Positions 9,996 through 20,546 of a DNA stretch of 64,000 bases are shown here, one piece after another. Numbering within the stretch: position 1 is the first letter of the stretch; every line of letters begins with the position of its first letter. Location: assembly GCA_039809245.1 (NCBI GenBank), contig JBDHUP010000002.1, positions 75,188 through 139,187 of the forward strand. Direction: 5' to 3'. This DNA is from Minisyncoccia bacterium. Lineage in GTDB: Bacteria > Patescibacteriota > Minisyncoccia > Phycocordibacterales > UBA9973. The position numbers were made by a program, and so were the translations under genes. The notes below the pieces were generated by a model. It was not told the origin of the DNA, ran no database searches, and saw only the letters and a program-made list of their open reading frames with translations.

Positions 9996-11093
9996 TTATC
10001 TATTCATTGGCATTACTAAGTACATAAAAGACGGGTCACCTACAGCTTTAATTATCATAGGCTTACTATTACCATTTAATTCCAAATTAAGACTATCTGA
10101 AGATATCGACTGGAAACAATCCACTATATACTTGTAGTTAAAATTAGCAGAAACAACTTCTCCAGATAATGCTCCAGAGACTAGTGTATTATTTTCACCT
10201 ATATCTGAATTTTTAGCTTCTATTTCAAATACTTTTTCTTTAGGGTTAATATTTATAGAAATCTGGTTAAACTTATCTGAAAATATATTTGAAATTTTAA
10301 GTGAATTTATAAAATCTTGTTTTAACACAACAGCTTGCGTTGTAGAGTTCTTAGGGATTATTTGTTTATAGTCAGGGAAAACTCCATCTATAATCCTTGA
10401 TGTTAGGTAAATATTGTTGGTTAGGAAAGATACTTGGTTTTTTTGAAGTGTTATTAATAAATCATCATCAAAACCATCGAAAACTTTAATTATCTCTAGT
10501 GTGTTTTTGAAGGGTATTAAAATACCATCAAATGATAATTTTTGTTTTATTCTTACTTTTTTCTCAGCAAGTCTAAAAGAATCTGTCGCTACAAAAACCA
10601 ACATATCTTCTTCTGGGTATATATAAACACTTCCTATTTCCGGTTTAATTTCAGACGTTGATGCTCCATAGTAAATAGACTTAACACCTTCAATAAATTT
10701 TTTAGATGATATTGTAAGTTTTTCTCCTTCTACTATTGGTATTGTTGGGAAATCTTCATAAGGAATACTTTTTATTAAAATCTTGTTTGATTTTGTTTTT
10801 ACAGAAAGATTATCGTTTATAATTTCAAAAGATATATTACCATCACCTTGTAAGGCAGAGAATAAAGAAGATAGTATATCCCCTTTTATAGCTGTTATAC
10901 CTTCTTTTTCTATTTTTGCTGGTATATCTATTTCTATTCCTATATTTAGATTTGTAGCTCTAAGTTTTAGTGTTTTACCAGAAGCAACCCAAAGTATTGA
11001 TCCTAAAACAGGGAGTGTTAGATTTTTACCAGTTATCCTTTCTACTGTAATTAAAGCTGTTTTTATTTTTTCTATTGAGCACTCTAGTTTCAT
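9996..11093 (-). CDS. dnaN: DNA polymerase III beta clamp
   Basis: LPVLGSI, ATNL, VATDSFRLA, G.FPDY, YLVMPM. Confidence 0.97.
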   Translation of the reverse strand: MKLECSIEKIKTALITVERITGKNLTLPVLGSILWVASGKTLKLRATNLNIGIEIDIPAKIEKEGITAIKGDILSSLFSALQGDGNISFEIINDNLSVKTKSNKILIKSIPYEDFPTIPIVEGEKLTISSKKFIEGVKSIYYGASTSEIKPEIGSVYIYPEEDMLVFVATDSFRLAEKKVRIKQKLSFDGILIPFKNTLEIIKVFDGFDDDLLITLQKNQVSFLTNNIYLTSRIIDGVFPDYKQIIPKNSTTQAVVLKQDFINSLKISNIFSDKFNQISININPKEKVFEIEAKNSDIGENNTLVSGALSGEVVSANFNYKYIVDCFQSISSDSLNLELNGNSKPMIIKAVGDPSFMYLVMPMNR

Positions 11094-11304
11094 AGTATTG
11101 TTATTATTATCTATTAATACTTTATTATTACTATTAATTATGTGAATATGTGGATTACTTTTTATATACTTATATTATAAAGTTTTTATGTATTTTTTAT
11201 TTCTAATTAAAATAAATTTTTTGTTGATTAGTTTATATTTGTATTTTTTATATAAACTTTTCCACAAACTATTATTTTTTAAACACAGTTTTTCCACATA
11301 CTTA
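11094..11304. other. oriC: DnaA boxes, AT-rich DUE and DnaA-trio-like repeats
   Basis: dnaA-dnaN intergenic region; TGTGGATTA (~11149), TTTTCCACA (~11258, ~11290); TAA/TAG trinucleotide run next to dnaN. Confidence 0.8.
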
Positions 11305-12654
11305 TCATTTAAACATAATTCTTATTTTTTCTATTTCTTGTAATAACGACGGGTCTGTTTTTAAATCATTTTTAATTTTAAGGTGAGAGTGTATTACTGT
11401 AGTATGATCTCTTCCACCCATCTTTTGTCCTATTAAAGGGTATGAAATATTAAAATCTTCACGAAGTATATACATTGCAACTTGTCGGGCTCTAACAATT
11501 TCCTTCCTCCTTGTTTTCTCGTAGATTATTTCTTCTGTTATCCCATATTGTAAAGCTATAATTCTGACAATATCTTTTATAGCTACTGTCTTTTTTGGCC
11601 TAATATTGTTTTTTATTAGAGTTTTTACTTCAGCAACAGATAAAACCTTATTTTTCAACTGGGATTGGCAAATTACAGTGTTTAAACTACCTTCAAGTTC
11701 GCGGATATTTCCTTCTAAAGATTCAGCTAAATAAGAAACAACCTCATTATCAACATCACAATTAGATGACTCAAATTTTGCTTTTATAATAGCAACTCGA
11801 GATTCGTAATCTGGCTCGACTATCTGGACAATCATCCCAGACCCAAATCTGGATTGAAGTCTATCTTCTAAACCCTGGATAAAATTCGGGTGTTTATCTG
11901 ATGAGAAAATAATTTGTTTATTGCTTTCGTATAAAGTATTAAAAAGATGGAACAATTCCTCTTGAGTTTTGTCTTTCCCAGAAATAAACTGAATATCATC
12001 CATTATAATAACATCATATTTTCTATATTTCTCTTTAAATGAGTTTGGGTTTTTGTTTTGGATTGAATTTATATAATCAATAGCAAATCGTTCTAGACTC
12101 ACATAATATATCTTTTTTAGGGGATACTTTGTTTTAATAGTATTACCTATTGCTTGTATCATATGGGTCTTACCCAAACCTGTACCACCATATATAAAAA
12201 ATGGATTATAATTTTGACCTGGATTTGTGATTATGGCTTGGGCTACAGCATAAGCAAGTTCATTAAATGGGCCAACCACAAATGAGTTGAATGTATATTT
12301 AGGATTTAAGTTGTCATCTTTATTTACATAAAGATCATTTAAAGGTAGCTCTTTATTAGTATTAACTACAGGTAAAACCTTATCTTCACTGTGAGCTTTA
12401 CTACTATCGTGTTTATGTATTATATATTCAACATTTCTAATACTTTCCTCATAGGCTATAAGAGTTTTTAGTATGAGTTTATGAAATTTATTATATAGCC
12501 AGTCTTTTACAAATTCATTTGGGACGCCGACATACAAAGTTCCACTATCTTCTTTAACTATTGATGTATTTTTAAACCAAGTAGTGAAGTTGGCTTTTGA
12601 GATATTTAACTCAATTTCTGAAAGACAATTATCCCAAAGCTCTTTTGTGTTCAT
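11305..12654 (-). CDS. dnaA: Chromosomal replication initiator DnaA
   Basis: YTFNSFVVG, NPFFIYGGTGLGKTH, DDIQF, RELEG, GGRDHTTVIHS; start MNTKEL preferred. Confidence 0.98.
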   Translation of the reverse strand: MNTKELWDNCLSEIELNISKANFTTWFKNTSIVKEDSGTLYVGVPNEFVKDWLYNKFHKLILKTLIAYEESIRNVEYIIHKHDSSKAHSEDKVLPVVNTNKELPLNDLYVNKDDNLNPKYTFNSFVVGPFNELAYAVAQAIITNPGQNYNPFFIYGGTGLGKTHMIQAIGNTIKTKYPLKKIYYVSLERFAIDYINSIQNKNPNSFKEKYRKYDVIIMDDIQFISGKDKTQEELFHLFNTLYESNKQIIFSSDKHPNFIQGLEDRLQSRFGSGMIVQIVEPDYESRVAIIKAKFESSNCDVDNEVVSYLAESLEGNIRELEGSLNTVICQSQLKNKVLSVAEVKTLIKNNIRPKKTVAIKDIVRIIALQYGITEEIIYEKTRRKEIVRARQVAMYILREDFNISYPLIGQKMGGRDHTTVIHSHLKIKNDLKTDPSLLQEIEKIRIMFK

Positions 12655-12663
12655 AGTGCACAT

Positions 12664-12785
12664 TATACTCTAGTTTTCCAAACTCCCAATAATTCAATGT
12701 CTGGATTAACCTGTTAACAACCTGTGGATATGTTTACACCCCTATAAACATTGCTTTTAATGTAATTTTAGTATATATTTCCCTT
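12664..12785. promoter_or_regulatory. Divergent dnaA/rpmH promoters with DnaA boxes
   Basis: CTGTGGATA (~12722) and degenerate boxes; -10 elements just upstream of both ATGs. Confidence 0.6.
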
Positions 12786-12926
12786 ATGTCTCAAACATAT
12801 CAACCAAACACACGGAAACGAGCTAAATCTCATGGCTTCTTAGTAAGAGCCAAAACTCCTGGTGGCAAGAAAGTTAATGCTCGCCGACGACAAAAAGGTC
12901 GGGCTAGAGTTTCAATCAAGAAATAA
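12786..12926 (+). CDS. rpmH: 50S ribosomal protein L34
   Basis: Read by hand: [46 protein letters not shown]. Confidence 0.96.
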   Translation: MSQTYQPNTRKRAKSHGFLVRAKTPGGKKVNARRRQKGRARVSIKK

Positions 12927-12929
12927 GCT

Positions 12930-13250
12930 ATGTTTTTAAAGAAAAAGCGGGTCACAAAAGAGCTCTTCCAAGCAATTATGAAGCAAGGGAGAACACTCTC
13001 AGGCTCGCTTTTTTCTTTTCGTTATATTAAACAAAAAGAACCGCAGTATGCCTTTGTTGTCCCAAAAAGCGTTGAAAAACAAGCTGTTTCTAGGAATAAA
13101 CTAAGAAGAGTTGGTTATAATGCTCTAAAAACTCATAATCCTGAATCTTGTGCTGGTATATTTTTCTTTAAAAAAGAAGCTAAAAAGGCAAATTTCAATG
13201 AAATAAAGCTTGATTTAAAGGCTATTTTGGAAAAAGCCCAAATTTCTTAA
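12930..13250 (+). CDS. rnpA: Ribonuclease P protein component
   Basis: AFVVPKSV.K.AVSRNKLRR (RNR motif); synteny. Confidence 0.92.
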   Translation: MFLKKKRVTKELFQAIMKQGRTLSGSLFSFRYIKQKEPQYAFVVPKSVEKQAVSRNKLRRVGYNALKTHNPESCAGIFFFKKEAKKANFNEIKLDLKAILEKAQIS

Positions 13251-13254
13251 CTAT

Positions 13255-13461
13255 ATGAAAAATGTAATATTATGGCTTATATCTCTATATCAAAAAATAC
13301 CATTGAAATCTCATAGTTCTTGTGTTTTTATACCTACTTGCTCAGAATATACAAAAGAAGCTGTAAATAAATATGGGGCTATATATGGATCATGGAAAGG
13401 GTTTTTAAGAATTTGTCGTTGTCATCCATGGCAGAAAAATCATTACGATCCTTTAAAATAA
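13255..13461 (+). CDS. yidD: Membrane protein insertion efficiency factor YidD
   Basis: CVFIPTCSEY...RICRCHPW...YDP. Confidence 0.93.
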   Translation: MKNVILWLISLYQKIPLKSHSSCVFIPTCSEYTKEAVNKYGAIYGSWKGFLRICRCHPWQKNHYDPLK

Positions 13462-13502
13462 AGGGATTTTGATTAAGAGCATTTTTGATATACAATAGGG
13501 TG

Positions 13503-14243
13503 ATGCATACTCTATGGAACACCGTATTTTATCAACCTATCTATAATGCCCTTATATTTATTATAAACAATGTCACTTGGGGTGATGTTGGGTTTGCAAT
13601 AATAATACTTACGGTAATTATTAAGTTCATCCTATTCCCTCTTACTAAAAAGTCTATTAAAAGTCAGATCTTGATGAAAAAAATAGAGCCTGATTTAAAA
13701 AGAATTAAAAAAGAGTTTCCAAACAAAGAAGAACAAGCTAAAAAAACATTTGAACTTTATAAAAAGTACGGAGTCAATCCATTTTCAGGATGTCTAGTTG
13801 TTATTCTCCAACTTCCAGTTATATTTGCACTTTACTATGTTTTCTACAAAGGATTATCTCTTGATGCAGGGCCTCTATATGCTTTTATACAAGCCCCTGT
13901 CGCTCCGCACACAAATTTCCTAGGTATATTTGATGTCCATGGCAAAAGTATCGTCCTAGCGTTATTTGCGGGGGTATCTCAATTTGTCCAAGGTTATCTT
14001 GCTACACCGATTAAACCAAAAGTTGAAGTAGTGAAAGAAGTCCAAGCACCAGAGCCAAAAACATTCCAAGAACAGCTATCAGATAGTATGCAGATGAATG
14101 TAAGATACATATTACCTGTATTTATCGCTTTTATTGCTTATCAAATATCAGCAGCGGTTGCAATATATTGGATTACAAGTAATGTATTTACTATAGTTCA
14201 AGAATGGTATATTCGTAAATCTCTTAAAGAAACTATAGCTTAA
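13503..14243 (+). CDS. yidC: Membrane protein insertase YidC (short form)
   Basis: GFAIIILTVIIK, NPFSGCL...QLPV, IYWITSN...QEW. Confidence 0.95.
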   Translation: MHTLWNTVFYQPIYNALIFIINNVTWGDVGFAIIILTVIIKFILFPLTKKSIKSQILMKKIEPDLKRIKKEFPNKEEQAKKTFELYKKYGVNPFSGCLVVILQLPVIFALYYVFYKGLSLDAGPLYAFIQAPVAPHTNFLGIFDVHGKSIVLALFAGVSQFVQGYLATPIKPKVEVVKEVQAPEPKTFQEQLSDSMQMNVRYILPVFIAFIAYQISAAVAIYWITSNVFTIVQEWYIRKSLKETIA

Positions 14244-14247
14244 TTTT

Positions 14248-14709
14248 ATGAATCAAAACGAAATCAAAAAAATCATAGAAGATATATTTACCCAAACAGG
14301 GTGTACTATTTCAAAATGTGAGTTTTCTGATGAGAACGGGATGCTTTGGTGTATGATCGACACTCCCGACTCTAGATTTATGATTGGTCGTGATGGTGAG
14401 ACACTCCGCTCTCTCAATCACATTGTTCGTAAAATGATAGAAAAGACTTCAGATGAAGAGCAAGCCGCGAATTTATTTATAGATATAAATGCATATCAGA
14501 AGAAACGTTTTGATAATCTAAAAACTATAGCTCATATGATGGCTGAACGTGCTCGATATTTCAAGAGTAGTATTGAAGTAGATCCTATGCCCGCTTATGA
14601 AAGACGAATTGTCCATATGTTCTTAGAAGGAGCTCCAGATATAAAGACTGAATCTGAAGGCTATGGAGCAAATCGTCGAGTAGTGATTAAATATGTTGAA
14701 ACTAACTAA
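14248..14709 (+). CDS. jag: Jag/KhpB (KH + R3H) RNA-binding protein
   Basis: IGRDGETLRSL, PMPAYERRIVH, TESEG.G..RRVVI. Confidence 0.9.
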   Translation: MNQNEIKKIIEDIFTQTGCTISKCEFSDENGMLWCMIDTPDSRFMIGRDGETLRSLNHIVRKMIEKTSDEEQAANLFIDINAYQKKRFDNLKTIAHMMAERARYFKSSIEVDPMPAYERRIVHMFLEGAPDIKTESEGYGANRRVVIKYVETN

Positions 14710-14710
14710 A

Positions 14711-16057
14711 TTAGTTTAAGTCTAGACTCCACAATGTGGAGTCTTTCTTATTTATGAAGAATAGCTGACTATCTTTGTCATCTAAGAATAAATGTATTCC
14801 ATCTATAGGTGAGCCATATGTTGAGTCGGCGATAGTAGTTATTTCGTTAGTGGCTGAATTTATCTTAATAAAACGATCAGTGAAAGAAACCAGCCCTTGA
14901 TACCAGCTATCAGGATATTGATTACCATCTATACTATTAGGGATAGCACAATAAATAATTGAAGGATTATTTGCCCAAACACACTTTTCTGGGAGTCCAT
15001 AAATATTTAAATCTAAAGACGAATGATTTTTAACATTAAATATTTCTAATTTAGGACCTGTATCAAAAGAGGCACTATATAAAACAAGCGAACCATCACT
15101 ATTTGCAAGAGTAGTGAGCCCAGGTATTCCACCTAAAATTTTTGTTAAGACTCCACTTATAGCATTTAAGCTAAATAAACTTCCATCGACAGAATAAGAG
15201 GCTTTGGTCGTGAGATATATTTTTTGATCAGTAACCCATTGTGATAACCATTCAGTTATAGATGAGTTAAATACTTGAGTTTTCTTAGTATCATTAAAAG
15301 ATCTTGTTGAACCCGTTACACCACTAAATGTTTTAGTTAGGTAAAAGAATTTTGTTTTATCTGGAGAAAGACTTACATCTAAAATATTTGATGGAAGGAA
15401 CTCTCCTTGAGTACCTCCAAGTGTAGCAAAGAAACTCGTTATAGATTTATTATCACTATCTAAATATCTATATATGACAGAAGAAGCCTTGCTATCAAAA
15501 AACGCTTCATAAATATTTGGTATTGTTGAATTAGAAACCTCTCCTGTAGCTTTCGTATCTAGATACATTTGCTCAATGTGACCTGTGGCACGCTCGACAT
15601 ATCTTAGAGACGGAACTGTTTCAAATTTTGGTGGTGCTGGTTTAGGAACAGTTTTAGTCTTCTTTGTTGTTGTTTTTGGAACTTCCTCTGTAGGTGCTTC
15701 TCCACCAGGCAAGGATACTTCCTCTGTAGGTAAAGGCCTCATGTCTTCAAAGAAAGCTGCTCCTGCTACTGAGAATTCTGTTAATTTGTGAAATCTAGAT
15801 GATTCTTGAGCTATTTGAGGGTTTGTGTTTGTATTTGAACTAGTGTTTAAATTTGTTGTGCCAACATCACCACCAGATGTAGTTGTGTTATTTGTTGTGT
15901 TTTGAGTTGTACCCCCTCCTAAGAATGGCTGGTATTGTTGATTATCTGTAGCACTGTTGCTTGTTGTTGTTTTGTTGGTGTATAAATAAAAACCTAGAGA
16001 TATAACTCCAACTAAAATGAATACAGTTATGAAAATGATTTTTGTTTTTCGTGGCAT
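14711..16057 (-). CDS. Membrane-anchored extracellular protein with Thr-rich linker and probable beta-propeller
   Basis: N-terminal TM, low-complexity stalk, LSPDKTK-type propeller repeats; part of the T4SS-like cluster. Confidence 0.7.
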   Translation of the reverse strand: MPRKTKIIFITVFILVGVISLGFYLYTNKTTTSNSATDNQQYQPFLGGGTTQNTTNNTTTSGGDVGTTNLNTSSNTNTNPQIAQESSRFHKLTEFSVAGAAFFEDMRPLPTEEVSLPGGEAPTEEVPKTTTKKTKTVPKPAPPKFETVPSLRYVERATGHIEQMYLDTKATGEVSNSTIPNIYEAFFDSKASSVIYRYLDSDNKSITSFFATLGGTQGEFLPSNILDVSLSPDKTKFFYLTKTFSGVTGSTRSFNDTKKTQVFNSSITEWLSQWVTDQKIYLTTKASYSVDGSLFSLNAISGVLTKILGGIPGLTTLANSDGSLVLYSASFDTGPKLEIFNVKNHSSLDLNIYGLPEKCVWANNPSIIYCAIPNSIDGNQYPDSWYQGLVSFTDRFIKINSATNEITTIADSTYGSPIDGIHLFLDDKDSQLFFINKKDSTLWSLDLN

Positions 16058-16060
16058 ATA

Positions 16061-17647
16061 TTATTTATTTATCTTAGGCCAGTTCTTGTTAACTCCATTT
16101 AAATTTGATTTATAAAATTGGGCAGCTGCAAAAGTATTATGATAAGCATCAAGTATTGTTCCACCTTTTTTCCCAAAATTATTAAACACATCTTTACTTA
16201 ATTGGAATAATCCAGAATACCCAAATTTATTTACTGTAGTGATTGATGCTTGAGTTGTACAACCTCCAGCTGACTCTATTCTACACATAGTTCTTAGTTG
16301 GGATACATCTACACCTGTCTCACCAGAGACTTTTACAAGGCTACTATCAATGAAGCTTGGAATTGCAGGGGTTGTCTTTCTTTTTACTGCCGCTACTTTT
16401 ACTGCCCAATATTTTAAGAAATTAGCAGTAGTTAAAGTTGATGTTCCTATTGTCTTCTGTGCACTCGCTGGATTGAAATTGTTCCTCATATTCCTAGCTA
16501 TATCTCCTCTAGCAAATGGATTATTTGCTGGTACTTGAGTATACCCCTTTTTTGCAGCCCAAAGTATTGCTGAAGCTCCTGCTGTCCCTTGTTGGTGGGC
16601 TAGATAACCTAAAAATGAAGGATCATTATAATCTGAAGGATTAATAGTTATGTTAGAAATATCAAAGCTATCAATGTTATTCATAAAGTCAGGATCATCA
16701 GCACGATCTCGTGCTACTATCACTGATTCTACTTGATCTACCGTTACCCCATTTTTACCTGTCAGGTCAGGATTGATAGTATTTAATATCAAGTATGCAC
16801 CTAAGGCGATAAATAGGCCCAGAATAGCTGATAAGATTTTACTTTTTGCTTCAGTTTTACCAAAAACAGATTCGTCTCCCATATATTGTATTCCACTTAT
16901 AACAATCATTACGACAGCAAGTACTCCACAGATTCCTATCGCAAGTAAGAATATAATATTTAAGTAACAACCGATACCATTATTTAAATCTGGATTTCCA
17001 GGACACTTACCCCCTTGAGATTTTACTTCTTTCAAATTGCCTATAGGCGCAAGTAATTTATAAACATTGTCGCTACTGTTATCTCCACTTCCAACATCAA
17101 GATTATAAACCTCATCTTGTTTACCAGTAGCTTTTACAGCTTCAGCTGTTTTCTGAACACAATCACTTGAGCTAGAAGAACCGCTTGCAAGTTTATCTTT
17201 TGCTAATTCTGATCTACAACTCTCTGGTGTTTCAAAGGGACCTATATAGTATCCAGCGAAATTAACAAACCACCACTTTAAGTTACTAGGGGCTGGGGTT
17301 GAATCAACAGTAAACTCAGTGTCACTAACAGCAGTTCCTCTGGATGCTGTCTTTATAGTTATTTTACCAGTTACAGCATTTTCAGGAACTTTGACCTCGA
17401 GTAAATCTAACCCTTGTGGATTTAGGGTTGTATTTGTTACGGTAGCTTGAATTGAGCCAAATAAGACGCTTGTTATTTGATAAAAATTGAACCCACTAAT
17501 AGTTATTAGATCACCAGGTCTACCTGATCCAGGATCGAATCCTTTTATCTCAATGTTATTTCCCGCGTTTGAAATATTAAAGAGTAAACAAAATAAAAAG
17601 AAAGTCAGTAAAGATATTTTTAAAATTCTAGATAAATGTTTTTTCAT
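16061..17647 (-). CDS. IPT/TIG domain + VirB2/TrbC-like pilin + lytic transglycosylase-like fusion
   Basis: IKGFDP.SG.PGDLITISG.NF (IPT); LAVVMIVISGIQYM...AKSKI..AILGL....AYLILNTINP (CPR pilin); RIES, GLFQL and YLAHQQG motifs. Confidence 0.75.
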   Translation of the reverse strand: MKKHLSRILKISLLTFFLFCLLFNISNAGNNIEIKGFDPGSGRPGDLITISGFNFYQITSVLFGSIQATVTNTTLNPQGLDLLEVKVPENAVTGKITIKTASRGTAVSDTEFTVDSTPAPSNLKWWFVNFAGYYIGPFETPESCRSELAKDKLASGSSSSSDCVQKTAEAVKATGKQDEVYNLDVGSGDNSSDNVYKLLAPIGNLKEVKSQGGKCPGNPDLNNGIGCYLNIIFLLAIGICGVLAVVMIVISGIQYMGDESVFGKTEAKSKILSAILGLFIALGAYLILNTINPDLTGKNGVTVDQVESVIVARDRADDPDFMNNIDSFDISNITINPSDYNDPSFLGYLAHQQGTAGASAILWAAKKGYTQVPANNPFARGDIARNMRNNFNPASAQKTIGTSTLTTANFLKYWAVKVAAVKRKTTPAIPSFIDSSLVKVSGETGVDVSQLRTMCRIESAGGCTTQASITTVNKFGYSGLFQLSKDVFNNFGKKGGTILDAYHNTFAAAQFYKSNLNGVNKNWPKINK

Positions 17648-17649
17648 AA

Positions 17650-18645
17650 TTAAAGACTCAATTTAAGCTTACCTGTTACTTTCTGATAAAGTGTGTTTAG
17701 GTTTTCAAAGACAACATCTATAGTGGCATATCCACCACGAGATGCTGGGCGAATAGTGAGCTCAGTCTTTTTTGAAGGGGTGGCTATATCTTTACCATTT
17801 ATCTTCCATTCATAAGAAAAGTTGTTTTCATTTCCATTTAGAGATATGAAGTAAGGTTCTGCTACAATAGTAACTTCATCTTCACTAATAAAAGAACCAT
17901 CTCCCAGTGCTTGATTATACAGGATGCCTTCAGTTGGTGATTTTTTGTAAAATACAACTTTTGGTTTTGTTATTGGGACTTCAATTGTTCCAACTGCACG
18001 ATATCTTCCATCTATAGATTCTGCAGTTACGCTGACATTCTCACTATCATTTAACTCACTATTTTTAAATACATAAGAGTCCTTGTTGTAGCCAGATACA
18101 CCCAGCACTGTATTATTATTAGACTTCCATGTATAAGTTATGGAACCCTTACCTTGCTTAATAGTATTAGTATTTGGAATTGCCACAACTTTTATTAAAC
18201 CTTCAGCTGTTGGGAAAGATTTTCCTCGGTAAAATGGTGGAGTATATGAATCAACTCCCTCCCAAACTAGTTCAACCTCTGACGGGTTAATAGTCACCCT
18301 CTTTGTAATATTATCTAAAGAGCCTGGTATACTAATAGTAATATCTAGTATAGTAATAGTATTTGGCCCTTGTGTCTTAAAAGAATAACTTGTCTTACCA
18401 TATCCTGATAGAACAATACTAGACCCACTTTGCCATTGGATAAATGCCTTATTTAAATCAGTAGCATAACTATTTAAACTTACTGTTACATCTTGATATG
18501 GCTGTGGGTTTTCAGGAATTATATCGGCTGAAACATCCCCTTCTTGAGGGTTTATCTGGTTCGCTGCCATAGAAACTCTACCCACATAAATTAAGCCAAG
18601 AACTAGGAGAATACTAAACAATATTTTTAGTCTTATTTTAGTCAC
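17650..18645 (-). CDS. Secreted Ig-like domain protein of the T4SS-like cluster
   Basis: Signal peptide; YTPPFYRGK motif; beta-rich Y.W..N repeats. Confidence 0.7.
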   Translation of the reverse strand: MTKIRLKILFSILLVLGLIYVGRVSMAANQINPQEGDVSADIIPENPQPYQDVTVSLNSYATDLNKAFIQWQSGSSIVLSGYGKTSYSFKTQGPNTITILDITISIPGSLDNITKRVTINPSEVELVWEGVDSYTPPFYRGKSFPTAEGLIKVVAIPNTNTIKQGKGSITYTWKSNNNTVLGVSGYNKDSYVFKNSELNDSENVSVTAESIDGRYRAVGTIEVPITKPKVVFYKKSPTEGILYNQALGDGSFISEDEVTIVAEPYFISLNGNENNFSYEWKINGKDIATPSKKTELTIRPASRGGYATIDVVFENLNTLYQKVTGKLKLSL

Positions 18646-18703
18646 TTTTATATTATACGCGAACCTAACTCCCTAAACAACTGTATTTTAATAGTTATTA
18701 AGT

Positions 18704-20545
18704 TTATGAAGGGTTGGATGTGTTTGATGTGGTTAGTTCGTCCTTTGCTTTCTTTATAGCAAGTATTTGCGAAGGATCAGAAGTGATTATCTGATCTTCT
18801 GTATATGAAGCAATAGTCTTTACAGCTACGTGCTTAAGACCAGCGAAGAATATCCCCTCCCCGACGTTTGCCTCAAGAAGTAAGTACTTCTCTTCATCTG
18901 TTAAATTAAAGGTTTTTTGCAATACATCAACAGTAGATGGAGATTGCTTCAATAGTAATTGGATTGAAGAGTTCGTAACAATTGGCACACCGTAAGGGCT
19001 TTTCATGAAATCCCCTACGTCTTGAGTAATAGTTGCAAGGCCGAGATAGTATTTACGCCCACGTTTTGCAATAGAATATAAGAATGAAGCAGTATCTTCT
19101 GACTTCATCATCCACCAAGCCTCATCCACAACAAGAAGCCTTTTCTTTATATTTTTACGGATTGCATTCCATATAAAGTGAGTAACTATATACATAGCAA
19201 CTGGTTTTAGCTCGTCTTCCATGTCACGGACAGAGAAAACAACGAACTTTCTGTTTATATCTACGTTCGATGGTTGGTTTAAGAATGATGACCATGATCC
19301 GTGAGTGAATTTCGCCAATCTTTGTATTAGTGAACCACTACCATCCATACCAGCGAGAACCATTTCAAAATCAGAAAGAAGAGGCGGTTCTATATCCGCG
19401 AAGTTTGAATCGGCTGTAATATCTTTCAATGCATATGTCTCAGTAATAGCACTATCGATAATAGAATCTTCTTCTGGGGTTAGTCCTCCAAGCATTATGC
19501 GGAATAATCCTACAAGGTTTATGGTGTTTGCACGTAAAACGTCAGCCCCTGTTTCATCGGCTGTAGGTATAGGTAAATCGAAAGGATTAATATGGTGATC
19601 AGAAGAAAGAGCAATATTAAAGTATCTTCCTCCGACAGCTTCAGACAAATACTCATACTCACGCTCTGGGTCGATAACAATAACTTCAGTATCAAACATC
19701 AGAGTGCGGATTATCTCGAGTTTGGTTGCATAAGACTTACCCGCTCCAGAAGTAGCAAACGTAATAGAATTATAGTTTGGAAGTGAGAATCTATCAAAGA
19801 TAATAAGACTAGAATTGTGTCGATTTACTCCATATAGTATTCCTTTATCAGAAGTAAGATCAAAAGATACAAAAGGGAAAAGACTAGACAAAGGCTCTGT
19901 ATTTAGCTTCTGGTGTATTCCTAGTAAGTCAGTTTCTAAAGGGATAACACTCTTGAATGCTTCACCTTGTTGGAATAGTGCAGGCTTTAGATATACTAAT
20001 TTTGATTCAAGAAGTGATTTGATCTCACTTTCAACTTTAAAGAGGTCATTTTCACTATCAGCATATATTGTTATGTACAGACCTACATCGAACATTTTCT
20101 CTTGTGCTTGCATCAAATTATCTCTTAAACCTTCAAGATCTCTGTATGCAGTGTCGAGCATTGGATCACGAACAAGACCTTTTGATTCGCGGATAGAAAT
20201 CTGACTTTGGACTTCAGCTACCTTTTTCTGGAACATATGTAGCACATCTCCAGTATCAATTGGATGTATGAAAATAGACACATCGAAAACTTTATCTAGA
20301 TTTATGATAGGAGAAAACCAGTTATCTGTTAGATATCTAGGATATGAAATAACAAAGAAAGTGCGAGCAATTTTATCACCTAGATTGAGCGACTTCGGAG
20401 TTACTTGAAGAGCTGAAGGGGCTATGATATCTTGGAGTTCTAAAGTTGCGGCTTTATATATTTCAGTAGGAAGCACTGGCATAACAGTACTTTTTGCTTT
20501 TGAAACATTATCCCCTTTCCCAAATAATGATGAAAATATACCCAT
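18704..20545 (-). CDS. virB4: VirB4/TraC-like type IV secretion ATPase
   Basis: ATSGAGKS Walker A, IDPEREY, INPFD, VVDEAW Walker B, RGRKY, ITQ. Confidence 0.9.
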   Translation of the reverse strand: MGIFSSLFGKGDNVSKAKSTVMPVLPTEIYKAATLELQDIIAPSALQVTPKSLNLGDKIARTFFVISYPRYLTDNWFSPIINLDKVFDVSIFIHPIDTGDVLHMFQKKVAEVQSQISIRESKGLVRDPMLDTAYRDLEGLRDNLMQAQEKMFDVGLYITIYADSENDLFKVESEIKSLLESKLVYLKPALFQQGEAFKSVIPLETDLLGIHQKLNTEPLSSLFPFVSFDLTSDKGILYGVNRHNSSLIIFDRFSLPNYNSITFATSGAGKSYATKLEIIRTLMFDTEVIVIDPEREYEYLSEAVGGRYFNIALSSDHHINPFDLPIPTADETGADVLRANTINLVGLFRIMLGGLTPEEDSIIDSAITETYALKDITADSNFADIEPPLLSDFEMVLAGMDGSGSLIQRLAKFTHGSWSSFLNQPSNVDINRKFVVFSVRDMEDELKPVAMYIVTHFIWNAIRKNIKKRLLVVDEAWWMMKSEDTASFLYSIAKRGRKYYLGLATITQDVGDFMKSPYGVPIVTNSSIQLLLKQSPSTVDVLQKTFNLTDEEKYLLLEANVGEGIFFAGLKHVAVKTIASYTEDQIITSDPSQILAIKKAKDELTTSNTSNPS

Positions 20546-20546
20546 A

